DNA from: Eledone cirrhosa
Lineage: Eukaryota
Assembly (NCBI GenBank): GCA_964016885.1
Contig: OZ024751.1
Location: 23,994,001 to 24,058,000 of the forward strand
DNA: 64,000 nt
Reading direction: 5' to 3'
Shown: piece after piece, positions 28,531-41,758 of the stretch
Layout: every line of letters starts with the position of its first letter
Position numbering within the stretch: position 1 is the first letter of the stretch
Program-made: the position numbers and the translations under genes
The notes under the pieces: generated by a model
Database searches by the model: none
The model's input: the letters and a program-made list of their open reading frames with translations, nothing else
Told to the model about the DNA's origin: nothing

Positions 28531-30164
28531 ATTGATTTTTTTTCATCGTGGATATATTGATTTTCCAATGCATGTTTTCAAATGTTTCCGTATTGACGCC
28601 ATCAATATCGTTGGAAAACTGTTATCGAACTGCCTAAAGATAGATTCAACGACGTAAGACACTACTCAAACTGCGATTGTAAATACATTTACGCTCTATA
28701 TATTCTACTGTCAACTCTTACTAATGGATTTTATACGAAGGTTGTAATGTAATAATTTCGTCAATGTAAACACGGCGGTAACGTTTAGAATGTCTTTGGT
28801 GTTGTCGTTTGAAACAGATGTTATCTACAAACAGATGTTATCTACAAACAGATGGATTTCGAAAATCGAATATTCAAGCAATTGGAACTTATTCAATAGA
28901 CATTTTGTCAAACTAATATAGGTGAACATGGTTTTGAATACATTTCAAAAGCTGTTTAGATGTTACATTTACATCAATTAATGATGTTTATCTTTGAAAT
29001 GCTTCATGTTTAGGTACAATTTTCTCACAATTGTTCAAAGACTTAATATAGGTGATAGAAACATTTTAATGATTTATGTTTTATTCAATGACATCGAAAT
29101 AAATCTCTATTTAATTGCAGATCCAAACGAATTAAATGAAGTAATCGGAATATTGATATCAATAACTCTCGAATTTGTTTCTACTTCTCCCATGAGTCGT
29201 TGAACTGAAATTCCGCGTTCTGAAAATATTCTTCATAGATAAGATGTATTAAGGAGGACCAACATATTTGAGGAATTTAGAAATAGGTGAACCAAGTTGC
29301 ATGCAGTCTTTCAAGTCTTTCTTTTCTATGAAATGCCCTCTGTCGGTTTCGACTTTGAGCATCGAATTGTTTGATCAAGTGAAAACCTAGCCAGTAAATT
29401 TATATCTAAGTACTTGGGTATTCCATAGATAAGTGTACTTTCTCACGTGATTGCCAACGTGACACAGAATGCGACAAAATTGGATCTATGAATTACACAT
29501 AAATTCCATCATAATTTTACGCCTTCCCAATTTCATTCCAAATGTCTTGTGTCGACCCGAGGTTTCGGAAAAGCCCCTTGCCCACGATGGAACTAATTAC
29601 AATCGGAACTTGTACCTCTTGTTTCCAGTGTGAAACATTTAACCTGACACATGCCTTCATACACTTTGTTTCTATAAACGCAAAAGATAAAACAATAATT
29701 AATGGTTTCTAATTCAGACACAACGTCTACCATTTTGTGGCGAAGGGGGAAGACGAATATATATTTCCCAGTATTTAGTTGGTACTTTATTTTATCAACC
29801 ACGGAAGGACGAAAGGAAAAGTTTACCAGGGCAGGATTTGAAACCAAACCATAGAATATCATTATTTAATGCTGCTAATCATTCTGTCAGATGTGCGAAT
29901 GATTCTGGCAAAGAAAATACGTACAATTTTAAAATGTTTAAATGCTTAAAGAACAAGAGTGTATATTTATTAATAATTTGTTTTTTAAGACAGTTGAAAT
30001 AAATAATGTTGTAAAATATAACATCGAGCATGATATACATAAAGGAATATATTGTTCCATGTAGCTAAATTCTGATATCTCCCAGAAGATACTGACATAG
30101 TAAATATTCAAAATGGGGGGGAATATTCAAAATAGAGAGGAAAACGCTATGTTAAAGTTGTTTT

Positions 30165-30230
<66 letters not shown>

Positions 30231-30341
30231 GCATCTATATATATAAATATATATATACATATACATATACATATACATATATATATATAGATAGTTATAT
30301 ATACATACATTCATATATATATATATATGAATGTATGTATG

Positions 30342-30379
<38 letters not shown>

Positions 30380-30389
30380 TTACAGTAAT

Positions 30390-30535
30390 CAAAGTTCAGT
30401 TTAAGTCATTTATTTGCTTACAATTGTTTCCTCCAAACCGAGGTTTGGATTCTTCGGAGCAACTATTTATAACATACTTGACCTCCTTTTCAACCCAAGA
30501 GACACATAAAACATATGCGCATATTGATCAACAGT
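30390..30535 (-). mobile_element. Second copy of the CCGAAGA-HHR family (HHR at 30414-30462)
   Basis: Reverse complement of 18565-18705; HHR portion identical. Confidence 0.8.
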
Positions 30536-30552
30536 ATATATATATATATATT

Positions 30553-30650
<98 letters not shown>

Positions 30651-31181
30651 TAGAGAGAGAGAAAGAGAGAGAGAGATAGATAGATAGAAATGTAATTGAT
30701 GTGTATGTATATGGGTGTGTATTTTTAGTGATTTTCTCAATTGCTTACTAGCTTTTCATTAGAAAATTTGGATTTCCTTATATATTTTGATAATAATATT
30801 CTATATCTGTGTATGGTTTAATCTATCAAGTTAGAACTATCCCATTTGTTGAGATATTCAATTAATCAATTAATGCACAAGATTTCTAGCATAAGAATAA
30901 TTGATGTAGCCAGATTTTTGTGATGAAATACTTAGCCAAGGATACTAGAATAGAATTTCATCTTCCGATCAATTGATCATATGTAAAATGGTGTTAACAA
31001 GCAAGCGAAACAATACTATATAGCCTGTCCTATCAGGGAAATTCAAAAGAATATTAATGATAATTATAGATGTAAAATGTATTTAGGACATGCTTCAACA
31101 TCTATGAAAATGAAGTAGACGATTAGCCAGATTTTCATAGAATATTTTATACATCATATATATCATATAATATGTATTACC

Positions 31182-31224
<43 letters not shown>

Positions 31225-31240
31225 CTAAATAAATATATAT

Positions 31241-31562
31241 ATATTGTTATACTTGGGGAGGGTCATATGTGTGTAATATTGCCAGAATTAATAACAGAAC
31301 ACACTCACTGTTTGGTTGGTTTTCGCTTCTCGCTGTCTTTTATATCTGTAATCTAACTTACTCGGTCCTCAATGTTGAGGACCGAGTAAGTTAGATTACA
31401 GATATAAAAGACAGCGAGAAGCGAAAACCAACCAAACAGTGAGTGTGTTCTGTTATTAATTCTGGCAATATTACACACATATGACCCTCCCCAAGTATAA
31501 CAATATTTGTTTTGACACACGATTTCATATAAAAAACCTCGCTAAACTAATTCATCGCCGCT
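31241..31562. mobile_element. Near-perfect palindrome of the 46420-PLE terminal region
   Basis: ~130-bp arms around CCTCAA-TG-TTGAGG at ~31373; the right arm extends ~55 bp further; (TA)n on both sides. Confidence 0.9.
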
Positions 31563-31574
31563 AATATATATATA

Positions 31575-32402
31575 TATTTATTAAAATAATAGATTAAAGT
31601 TTAAGCAAAGAATCGCTGCTTATGGTAGGTATGTGTGTGCGCTTGTTATATACGTATTTATTTATTTATATACATTTATTTAATTATTTATTTGTATACA
31701 CGCACACACACACACACACATATTTATATGTGCGTGGTTTTGTATACCTATGGCAAGTGTTTTCGCGTATGCTTGTGTATGTACGTATTTGCATGCGTGT
31801 ATGTATTTATTTAGTTTCTATTTCCTCTGTATTGTATTTTATTTACTTTATTCTTAACTCTGAAGCGGAGATTCATTCTGTTTCCTAGTTAGAATTTTAG
31901 TCTACGACTTCAGCTATACCATTCACGTGGTTTTGTCTTTGCGTGCAATTGTTCTCCACGCTCCACATATGACGTATTATCTTCGTTTTTTACGTTCATT
32001 GCCAGAGAACGTCTCTATGAACCACCTAAGAGAACATTAGTCTACGACTTCTTTTATACCATAAACGTGGTTATGTCTTTGCGCGTAATTGTTTTTCACC
32101 GCTCCTATTAATGACGTATTATTCGTTTTTTCCCGTTCTTTGCCAGCGAACGTTTCCACGAACCAAAGTTTCGTCTTCCTGTCTTCCTCCGGTTGCAACG
32201 ATTTTGAAATATCCACTTCTGCGTTTACAGATTGACTTTGTTAGTTTCAGAAGATCCCGTTAAGGGTGAAAGCAGCGATTCTTTGCTTAAACTTTAATCT
32301 GTTATTTTAATAAATATTTGCTCTACGGTTCTTATATATTTGATATATATTTATCCTATCGAGCCCTCTTTGGATTTTAGTCTTCAAATTTATTATTATT
32401 AC

Positions 32403-32405
<3 letters not shown>
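31575..32405 (+). mobile_element. Non-coding PLE-like segment with inverted 5' piece, internal ~140-bp tandem duplication and CAGAAGA-HHR
   Basis: 31575-31621 is the reverse complement of 32270-32316; 31897-32025 resembles 32037-32165; 3' end 32360-32404 recurs at 44956-44995. Confidence 0.7.
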
Positions 32406-32433
<28 letters not shown>

Positions 32434-32659
32434 AGCAAAGGGATTCTGTTGGCAATTCAACAAATCTATATATTTATAACTGAGCCTGGAAAAACTTGAA
32501 CCGTTAACATCTCCTTCCTGTAATAGCCGTACTAAGAGTGAGAAATGAAATTTCGTTTCATTTTTTCCATTTATATATATATATATATAATGTAGGAGGT
32601 GAAATGCGCATAATAAAATACTTCGAACTCTTTTAACCATCTTTTGATCTTATATTATA

Positions 32660-32694
<35 letters not shown>

Positions 32695-33189
32695 GATCAT
32701 AGACCAATAATTACTAAATTCGCTTTGTAATCGTTACGTCCAAAATTCGGTCCCACTGCATGGTATCTAGAGCAACTGTCATTTCCCTAAAGCTTGATCC
32801 GATTCTATGGTAAGTATGAGTGCAATTGGGTAGGTGGGAAATATTTGAACTACATTGAATATATCAAAGTGAATCTTCATGAGAATAGTATCAAATTAGA
32901 GATACACGTATCTGTAGAATCCTTACCGGGCTTGTCTGTTGATCGAATAACTGGAACACTCATCATCAATATCAACGGATGTCCATTTCATTTTTATACA
33001 CCAACTTGTATCATGTGAAGTGTGGCATAAGTATTTATATACTTCCATTATCAGCTGTCACTGCCCAGATCTCACCGAGTCATCTTTTTGATTCCCAATT
33101 GTCAAAATATTTTCATTCCCGAATTTTTAATATAATTCATACATAGAGGCATGATAACTACAATTCTGCACTAAAACTTATAAATATTC

Positions 33190-33262
<73 letters not shown>

Positions 33263-33327
33263 TTTATACACGGCTCAGAAATATTTCTTTCTTTGAGCTA
33301 ATTTCATTGTAAAAGAATTCATTACAC

Positions 33328-33402
<75 letters not shown>

Positions 33403-33423
33403 TTATATATATTTATATATGAA

Positions 33424-33471
<48 letters not shown>

Positions 33472-33559
33472 AAAGTTAAAAAATAATGCGTTTTATAATA
33501 GATTGGAAGCACTCAACAGTAGGGTTTTCCAGAGTTATTGATATTAATTCAAAATATTA

Positions 33560-33742
33560 AGGTACTGAGTTAAGTTCAACAGTACATCCTCATCAGATAA
33601 AATAAGATGATACATGGCATACCCTGACATAGTAGATGGTTAAGACTCAGTCATGGTAGTCATTAACTATAAGTTAATCACTACCATGTACCTCTGAAAT
33701 ATGTATAATAAAATATAATTGATCACAGGAATATCTCTTTTG
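33560..33742. mobile_element. Rearranged copy of the 44035-44160 HHR family
   Basis: 33560-33630 is the reverse complement of 44035-44103; 33688-33740 is direct to 44097-44150; small hairpin at 33651-33688. Confidence 0.7.
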
Positions 33743-34019
33743 TATATATATATATATATGTGCGTGTGTGTGTGTGTGTATGTATGTATATATATATATA
33801 TATACAGAGAGAGTGAGAAAGAAAGAGAGAGAGAGAAAGAAAGAAACAGCGTTTATTCACAAGGGCCACGGTTTATTGTAGCGAGGGTGAGAGAAAGAGA
33901 GAGATAAATACAGACAGAGATAAATAGATATAGACATAAACGCACTCTTGCAGACACGCACGAACACTCACAAATGCGCACACAAACTAACTCCTCCACA
34001 CATATGTGTATATATATAC

Positions 34020-34625
34020 ATGGTGGCTGCCAACTCGTTTTCGAGTACGGCCACTACTTTATATCCATGTAGGAGAACCCCTACCGATGCGCTGAACCTG
34101 TGTGACTTTTTAGTCCAGCCAGCGACTTGAAAACTCTGGTACAAACACTACACTTGTGACAATTATTGACACATAGTGCTGGGCCCATGGTACCATGTGA
34201 TGACAAGTGCAGAGAGATCTCCAGATATAAAGCAATGCCTGTGCCATGAGCTTTTATAGTGAGTAAAAGGCACTGCACAAAGCCAGTCCCACTCTCTTGA
34301 CCAAGATGATATTTACCAAAACGAAGAAAAAGTCAACATCATTGGATACCATCAGAGTTGCAGGAGTTATATCAGAGTTTTCCTTCTCCTAGAATTCTGC
34401 TTTGACAAAGGCTAAGGGGTCATCTCTCCCGGTGATTTTGGATGGCCATTGACTCTTAAGAGCTCCTTTGCCCTTTGACAGGTTTTGTTTTTAGTCCTGC
34501 AGGATGTCCAAAGTCACCAACCCCACCAAGAAACCTTGGTGGGGTTGCCAGTTTAGTCGCCAACGACCCGACCATGAGACAGGTTGTACTGGGATACATG
34601 TTACCAGTAGCACCAACTGGTGACC
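34020..34625 (-). mobile_element. Bipartite RTE-related non-autonomous retroelement (5'UTR-like part fused to 3' coding end)
   Basis: The 3' half matches 27313-27668 and the 5' half matches 4540-4710; no RT between them; microsatellites at both ends. Confidence 0.65.
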
Positions 34626-34664
34626 TGACATATATATACATACATACATACATACATACATACA

Positions 34665-34700
<36 letters not shown>

Positions 34701-34769
34701 TATAATAATCGGGTCTATGATTTTCAGCCCCATGGATTTTATCTGTTACATGCATTTATTATATTTCGA

Positions 34770-34827
34770 ATACCTGATGATATCACCGATTTCATACGGA
34801 ACCCGGTCATTGAAATGATCATAGTAT
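34770..34827 (+). ncRNA. Minimal type I hammerhead ribozyme in cassette ~34705-35020
   Basis: ATAC-CTGATGA-T-ATcACCG...CGGTcAT-T-GAAA-TGATCA-TA-GTAT. Confidence 0.8.
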
Positions 34828-35318
34828 AATAAACCTTTCAAGGATTTACACAAGTCCAGCCTCCTGTTATTTTATTATTATATTTAACTCCGTACTCGCA
34901 CCACCAACTACACAAACGAAGACGGTTGAGCTGCTTTACGTTGAGTACTCTCCATATTATTACATCAAGATTGACCATACGGAATGACCAGCTCTATCCA
35001 GTGGTGAACCTTCAAACCTAAATATATATATATATATATATGAGGTAACTTAATATGTTCACTTTTCTCCTAGTTTATTTTACACCTAATTCTGTTTAAC
35101 TGACTATATCTGGGCGATTTATACACGCTGTCGAAATATTCGATAAATATTCCGTAGCAGCCGGCGCGAAGGGCTGATTTCGGTTATTTGTCGGAGATTT
35201 CTTCTTAGAAGCCTTTATTCTTATAGCTTGGTCTAATCGATTTTTTATATGGTTAATTATGCTAATTGGGAGAGGAAATGTTATATATTTTATCTGGTGA
35301 TTCTATAGACATGTTTTA

Positions 35319-35367
<49 letters not shown>

Positions 35368-35549
35368 ATAGAAAAAAACGAGGAAATTTCGTTTACATAT
35401 GACAAATATTTATTGCGTATCAACCTGTTACTCGCGTTTCGCAAAGGATTGGCTCAAGGTGACCCATAGGAGTTATGGACCCGACTCCAGCATTGATATG
35501 CTGCTCAGACTGGCAATGTGACAAAAGATGTTTTGATTGTGGTTATACT

Positions 35550-35586
<37 letters not shown>

Positions 35587-35589
35587 CTT

Positions 35590-36288
35590 GGTTAAACATT
35601 GTTTGTCCTTATGAACAATTACCGAATTATACAACTCTTACATTTGTGTTACAGCCGTTATAGAAACCGCCGTTTTCATTATTTCTCGTTCATATGTTAC
35701 ATGCATAGTTTAATAAATAGAACGTATTATATTCTTAAATTTCGTTTTGTATATATTTTTAACATGTTTTTATCTTAACATGAACATGAAGTTGATATTT
35801 ATATAATTTGATACAATTTAACGGGTGGTATTGCTACCTGAATGGAAGCGATTCGATCACAATATATATATAGGTGTATGTGTGTATCCGAATTGATTTC
35901 GAATCGCTTCCATTCAGGTAGCAATTCCACCCGTTAAATTGTATCACATTATATAAATATCAACTTCATTTTCATGTTAAGATAAAAACAGCCAAACAAA
36001 TTAAAGGAATTGATATGATCGACTTTTAAAAAAATCATCTTGTTGGCGATACCGTAGCTAATTTGCATTCAAATAAACGTTTGCATTAAAAAAAAAACAC
36101 AAACAAACGATATCAGACGCTAGAAAATTATACAAAACGAAATTTAAGAATATAATACGTTCTATTTATTAAACTATGCATGTAACATATGAACCAGAAA
36201 TAATGAAAACGGCGGTTTCTATAGAAATAACGGGAGTAACACAAATATAATTCCGTAATTGTTCATAAGGGCAGAAAATGTTTAACCA
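35590..36288. mobile_element. Long inverted-repeat (foldback/MITE-like) element
   Basis: 35590-35856 is the reverse complement of 35898-36288, apart from a ~140-bp extra block in the right arm. Confidence 0.7.
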
Positions 36289-36423
36289 TTCGAGGAATTT
36301 GATTACCTCTCGCTGTGTTAGTTCACTAAGTAGTTTCAATTACATTAGCAACATATGTGTATTCTTTTTTATTATTATATACATTTACTGGGTTCAGTCA
36401 TATGATTGTGGTGATACAGTGGT

Positions 36424-36489
<66 letters not shown>

Positions 36490-36492
<3 letters not shown>

Positions 36493-36701
36493 TAAGTTAT
36501 TCCGGGTTGAATCGGAGGTAACCACAGTAAGTAAGGTACTCAATACATAGCAGAGTATAAACGTTTTAATATAGAAGAGCTTCTACAGGACTAGAACTGT
36601 TTCATTCGTGAGAAATCATCAGGGATCCCTCATGATTTCTCACGAATGAAACAGTTCTAGTCCTGTAGAAGCCCTTCTATATTAAAACTTTTATACTCTG
36701 C

Positions 36702-36703
<2 letters not shown>
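36490..36703. mobile_element. Palindromic HHR cassette with axis GGGATCCC
   Basis: Arms 36548-36625 and 36626-36703; minus arm reads CTGATGA-TTTCTCACGAAT-GAAA-CAG..CTG-TA. Confidence 0.85.
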
Positions 36704-36733
<30 letters not shown>

Positions 36734-36932
36734 AAGAATGAAGATTAACATGGTTGGCTGTACAACAAGGGCTTTATTTAAAGTACTGACAATTGTTTCG
36801 TTGATCATGTGGGTCTAGAGTTCGCTAATCGCTTGATGTTGTTGAGTCAAAAAAAGCCGCACGTTAAAACTATCCACGAGACAGAGAACTCACAACCTCT
36901 AACTGGATTACCTATAACGATAACTTGTTATC

Positions 36933-36965
<33 letters not shown>

Positions 36966-37153
36966 AAATAGAGTAGACATCTGAGTCGCTACCCGTTGTC
37001 TCAACTTCTAGTTTCTCGGGGGATTAATAATATAAACATATATGCACATATACCTCCACAATTCGGTGAATACAGAAAGGGCAATGCCATTTTCTGGGTC
37101 ACTTTCTTCTTTTTCTGTTTATATTTTAATATGAAACCTTATGATTTATACAA

Positions 37154-37347
37154 ACGAGAAATGACTGAAATGTTCATAGACTACTAGGTGTGATGCTAGA
37201 GCAGTGAAACTTTGCATGCATTACTTTCAACGCTTCTTATCAATATCTGCAATATCCTTCCAGAACTATGTTGAAAAATATACCTTATTTCGTGATTTCA
37301 TGAGAGTATCTTGCTCAGATTATGAACTTTTCAGCCGACTCGTCCTA
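37154..37347. mobile_element. Mariner-type MITE (~190 bp), copy 1
   Basis: Degenerate TIR resembling CGAG..GGCTGAAAAGTTCATAG at both ends; body is the reverse complement of 37782-37969. Confidence 0.6.
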
Positions 37348-37781
37348 TATTGAATTAAAAGCATTTATTAAGGAATAGTAGGTAACGAGTTTTATCGATT
37401 CTTGGTGGATGTTTAGAGTTAAATTATTAACATCAATTATTCAAGCATTATGAATTTCAGAAACACCCTTCAATAAAAAAAAAGGTTGAATATTAAAAAA
37501 CAAAATTAAAGTAATATAATTAAGGAATGAACATATTGTTGTCGAAACATAATTAAGCAACAAATTAAAATGCATCATTGTTTAATTGAATATAATTCAT
37601 ACAACATGCTAGACTCATAATTTGACGTTATGATACGCACTCTTGAGACAATTACTATATACGCGTACATACACACAGAAACGAAGACATGTACATATAC
37701 ACACACTCACACACACAGACATACACACATACACACACATACACGCACAAGTACACACGCACGTACACGTACACACATACA

Positions 37782-37965
37782 TACGAGTGACGGTTGTACA
37801 TTTTATAGGCTGAGCAAGATACTCTCATGAAATTTTAAAATAATCCCCGGAAAGGAACCATGCAGTTATTAATAAGAAGATTTGAATGAAATTAATGTTT
37901 GCAAGATTTTACAGCTCTAGCATCGCTCCTCTCAAAGTCACCCTATAACACTTTCAGCCCACCCT

Positions 37966-37969
<4 letters not shown>
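37782..37969. mobile_element. Mariner-type MITE (~190 bp), copy 2, opposite orientation
   Basis: TA-CGAG...ATAGGCTGA start and TCACCCTAT..TTTCAGCCCACCCTCT-TA end; CTGAGCAAGATACTCTCATGAAAT pairs with 37296-37319. Confidence 0.6.
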
Positions 37970-38002
<33 letters not shown>

Positions 38003-38004
<2 letters not shown>

Positions 38005-38985
38005 GGATTAACAAATAATAGTTAAATGCAGTCCACTTAGGTGAAGTCCAGTTATGGTATTCCAGGTAGTGGATGATATTAACGCTTGGCTTGGTTTGAC
38101 TCAACAAGGCGTTTTCATAGTGATGCTGCGGGTATGCTGTAATTCCTATGTTGTAAACACTTGGAGTAATAATAAATCAGGAAAGAAGGTTTACATGGTT
38201 TGCTATACAAAAAAGTTTTTAATCACATAGCTTACATTTGTTTCACTGAACTGGTCTGTCTAGAGATCGCTATCCGCCTAATTTTGCGTCACTCGATCGC
38301 CAATACAGAATTATAACCAGTCAGATCTTCGGAGCATGCGAGAATGAAGAAAATACACAGGCAAGAAAAGAAAAGAAAATATGGAGTAGTTATGGCATTC
38401 AATTAGAACAATAACAACAACAATTATTACAACAATGCTATCAATAAACTATTTAAGGAGACCCTGACATTACTTAGGTGGGGGGTATATAATGTATCTA
38501 ATGTTACGGCGTGAAAATCAGCTGTCATAAGGCAAAAAGTATCGTAGTGTGTATCAATTTTAAATTATAATTTATAATTTATAATTTATAATTTATAATT
38601 TAAAATTGATACACACTACGATACTTTTTGCCTTATGACAGCTGATTTTCACGCCGTAACATTAGATACATTATATACCCCCCACCTAAGTAATGTCAGG
38701 GTCTCCTTAAATAGTTTATTGATAGCATTGTTGTAATAATTGTTGTTGTTATTGTTCTAAATGAATGCCATAACTACTCCATATTTTCTTTTCTTTTCTT
38801 GCCTGTGTATTTTCTTCATTCTCGCATGCTCCGAAGATCTGACTGGTTATAATTCTGTATTGGCGATTGAGTGACGCAAAATTAGGCGGATAGCGATCTC
38901 TAGACATACCAGTTCAGTGAAACAAATGTAAGCTATGTGATTAAAAACTTTTTTGTATAGCAAACCATGTAAACCTTCTTTCCTG

Positions 38986-38990
<5 letters not shown>
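38003..38990. mobile_element. ~800-bp near-perfect palindrome plus single-copy extension, with an HHR in each arm
   Basis: 38173-38570 is the reverse complement of 38590-38989; HHR 38828-38933 reads GCT-CCGAAGA-T-CTGACTGGT...ACCAGTTCAG-T-GAAA-CAAATG-TA-AGC. Confidence 0.9.
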
Positions 38991-39023
<33 letters not shown>

Positions 39024-39801
39024 GTACATATATATATATATACATATATATTTCCGTAGAAAAGATAAAGGAAAGAAGAGTGCTCTATATATATAGTACA
39101 GAGCGATCAACGAACCGGACGTTTCTGTAAGGAACGTGTAGTCTCTTGAAACCTTTGGCAATGGAATAAGTATATGTGCGTTGTTTAATATGTAATTATA
39201 TATATATGTATACATATACACACACACATATATATATGTGAATATATAGATATTAAATTTGGTATATGTATATATATGTATATATTCATTAGCGTGGTAT
39301 TTTCAGATGTGGGCGCAAAATCTTGATAGGTGTTTTAATACATCGTAGGTGCATCAATAATAGTGTTACTATAAACCTAATACCAATAGTTATACTTCAG
39401 TTGCAATCAACTTTCAGGAACCTTCAGGTACTTTGCGTTGGAAAATGTTTATTCATGAAATTGCGTCAACGAAAATAAATTACTGTGATTCCATTTCACC
39501 CGAGAAAGGAATATCCAAAATATAGGACATTTTTGATTTCCAAGAAAAAAATAGAAAATTAAGGGCATGACTTCGATTCGTACATTCTCTGTGACAATAT
39601 CGCCAAGCACAAACTTTACTCTAACCGCATGCTACACTATTGGGTCCCCGCCTCTCTGTCTCTTCCCAAACTTTGATTACTAATTTCTTCCATTTTACTT
39701 CAGAGGTTTCGTGACTGTATTATTAAGATATCTATATTTCTTGTCTCCAAAACGCTGAATTTTCCTCTCTCTGTGGCATGTAATTTACTTGACTTATAAG
39801 A

Positions 39802-39830
<29 letters not shown>

Positions 39831-39833
<3 letters not shown>

Positions 39834-39993
39834 ACAAAGGAATTGTGGTAAGGAACCATAACGCACCAGAGTACTCAATATTTAGGGTAGTAGAGTGGGA
39901 ATAGGAAAAAGTATGACCCCGACGGCAGAGCTGATTTCTGGAAATAGCCGTCGAAACGTCTTCAGTTCTGCCGTCGGGGTAATACTTTTTCCT
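39831..39993. mobile_element. Foldback cassette of family X (also 43624, 45863, 56291, 61440, 63553; relative at 60035)
   Basis: GGACCATAACGCACCArAGTACTCAATA..GGGTAGTAGAGTGGG..ATAGGAA shared by the copies; (TA)n flanks. Confidence 0.8.
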
Positions 39994-40025
39994 ATATATA
40001 TATATATGTGTGTGTGTATATATTA

Positions 40026-40103
<78 letters not shown>

Positions 40104-41317
40104 ATCATATATATATATAGAGAGACATATAGATATATAATATATTATATTTTCATATTTATTCCCACCTTTCATTAGTTAAATGTACACTGTTAAGTCG
40201 ATTATCTTTTTTTACATGACAGTCAGGTGAGTTCTGGTTAGCCAATGACAGCTGAACAATTTAGGCTATTTTGTAATTATTCTATGGAAGTATACTGTTT
40301 ATGCTTCATATGAGGGATGTGTGAGGATACGAGATACTAAACGAAAACTCCAATATGGTCGAAACGATAGACTCGAAACTTCTTCCCTCCAGAAATCCTG
40401 ACGGGAATCTCTGACTACCAGTCACAACATAATGTTTAGTTATACAGTAGTAAGGATCATTATATGTTTGGTTGTTGGTGGTATTTCTTCTTGATTAACC
40501 ACAGGTTAATCACGATTAAAGTTATTCTGGTCGTAACTATCCAATCTTATATATCTCTATAACTTTATCTAATGACCGTGTGTAGGAGACGAGGTTGTTA
40601 CTTGTCGGAGATAAAAGCCAGAGAGCAAACTCCTTCCTTGAGACTTCATCTGCAATACTCCATCATATCAACTTAATTGTAAGTGAACCAAAGGCTTAAT
40701 TTCTGAAAGTCATGGCAGACAGTTTGAACTAAAATACACGAGACATTGCTTATTCGTTTAATTGTTTGGTGTATCAAATATTCGATCAGCTCAAGATAGG
40801 AATTGTCTTTCCAATCTTTGTAAATCACGCGAAAAGAAATTAGTATGATTGAGTTAAAATCCCAATCGCAACGTTCGTTTAAAAACTTTAAATAGACGTT
40901 TGCAATGACCATCACTAGCTTTCACTGTCGCGTATAAGTGCCAGCGATAAATACGTGTGGCAAATTATAACGATAACAACCTTCAATAATTCCCATTAAG
41001 ATGTAGTCGTTGTAACAATCTTATAACCAAATGGGATACGGTTCTAATGAGAAACTAATTCTGAAATAAATCTCATAAAAGCCCTGCGGATTAGCAGAAC
41101 AAACATTTACATGCGTACTAAAATGTATTCTCCGCTTAACGAAAAGGTAATGAAATACGTTTAGAGTTGTTAGTACTTTTTATTGTAAATTTTCGACCTA
41201 AATATAATTTAACGTATAAGCAAAAGTCTCCCAGACATTCATTTGATATTCATAAGATAACATTGTTTTGTGTATGTGTATGTATGTGTGTATGTGTATG
41301 TGTACATGTGTGTGTGC

Positions 41318-41407
<90 letters not shown>

Positions 41408-41504
41408 ATTATTAACTCCTTTGTCTGAAGAGTGTCGTCTTACTCGGACTCTAATATGTCGTCCGCCTCGTGGTGTTATTTCAACACTTCGTGGTATGAG
41501 TAAT

Positions 41505-41694
41505 AATGGTTTCTACGTTAGGCACAAGGCCAGCAATTACCCAGTGCATTACTGGTACTTTATTTTATCAACCCCGTAAGGATGAAAGGCAAAGTTAACC
41601 TCGGCGGGATTTGAACTCAGAATGGCAAGGGCCGTAACTCTATAAGTCAAAGCATAGCGTCTGACCCTCTACCGATACTGCCAATCCACCGCCC
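41505..41694 (-). mobile_element. Nin/Deu-type SINE, full length
   Basis: Reverse complement of the 1930 copy. Confidence 0.85.
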
Positions 41695-41758
41695 TTTATT
41701 GATAACACATAATGATTCATATTGACTATATTACATAGATCATTATTAATAGCTTTTA

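Noticed and set aside
28812-28853. Short tandem duplications (also 14718-14772)
   Set aside because: Ordinary slippage duplications of 2-3 units
38173-38989. Palindromes as amplification or assembly chimeras
   Set aside because: Arms carry substitutions and indels, are bounded by (TA)n, share consistent polarity and recur as families; long-read confirmation is still desirable
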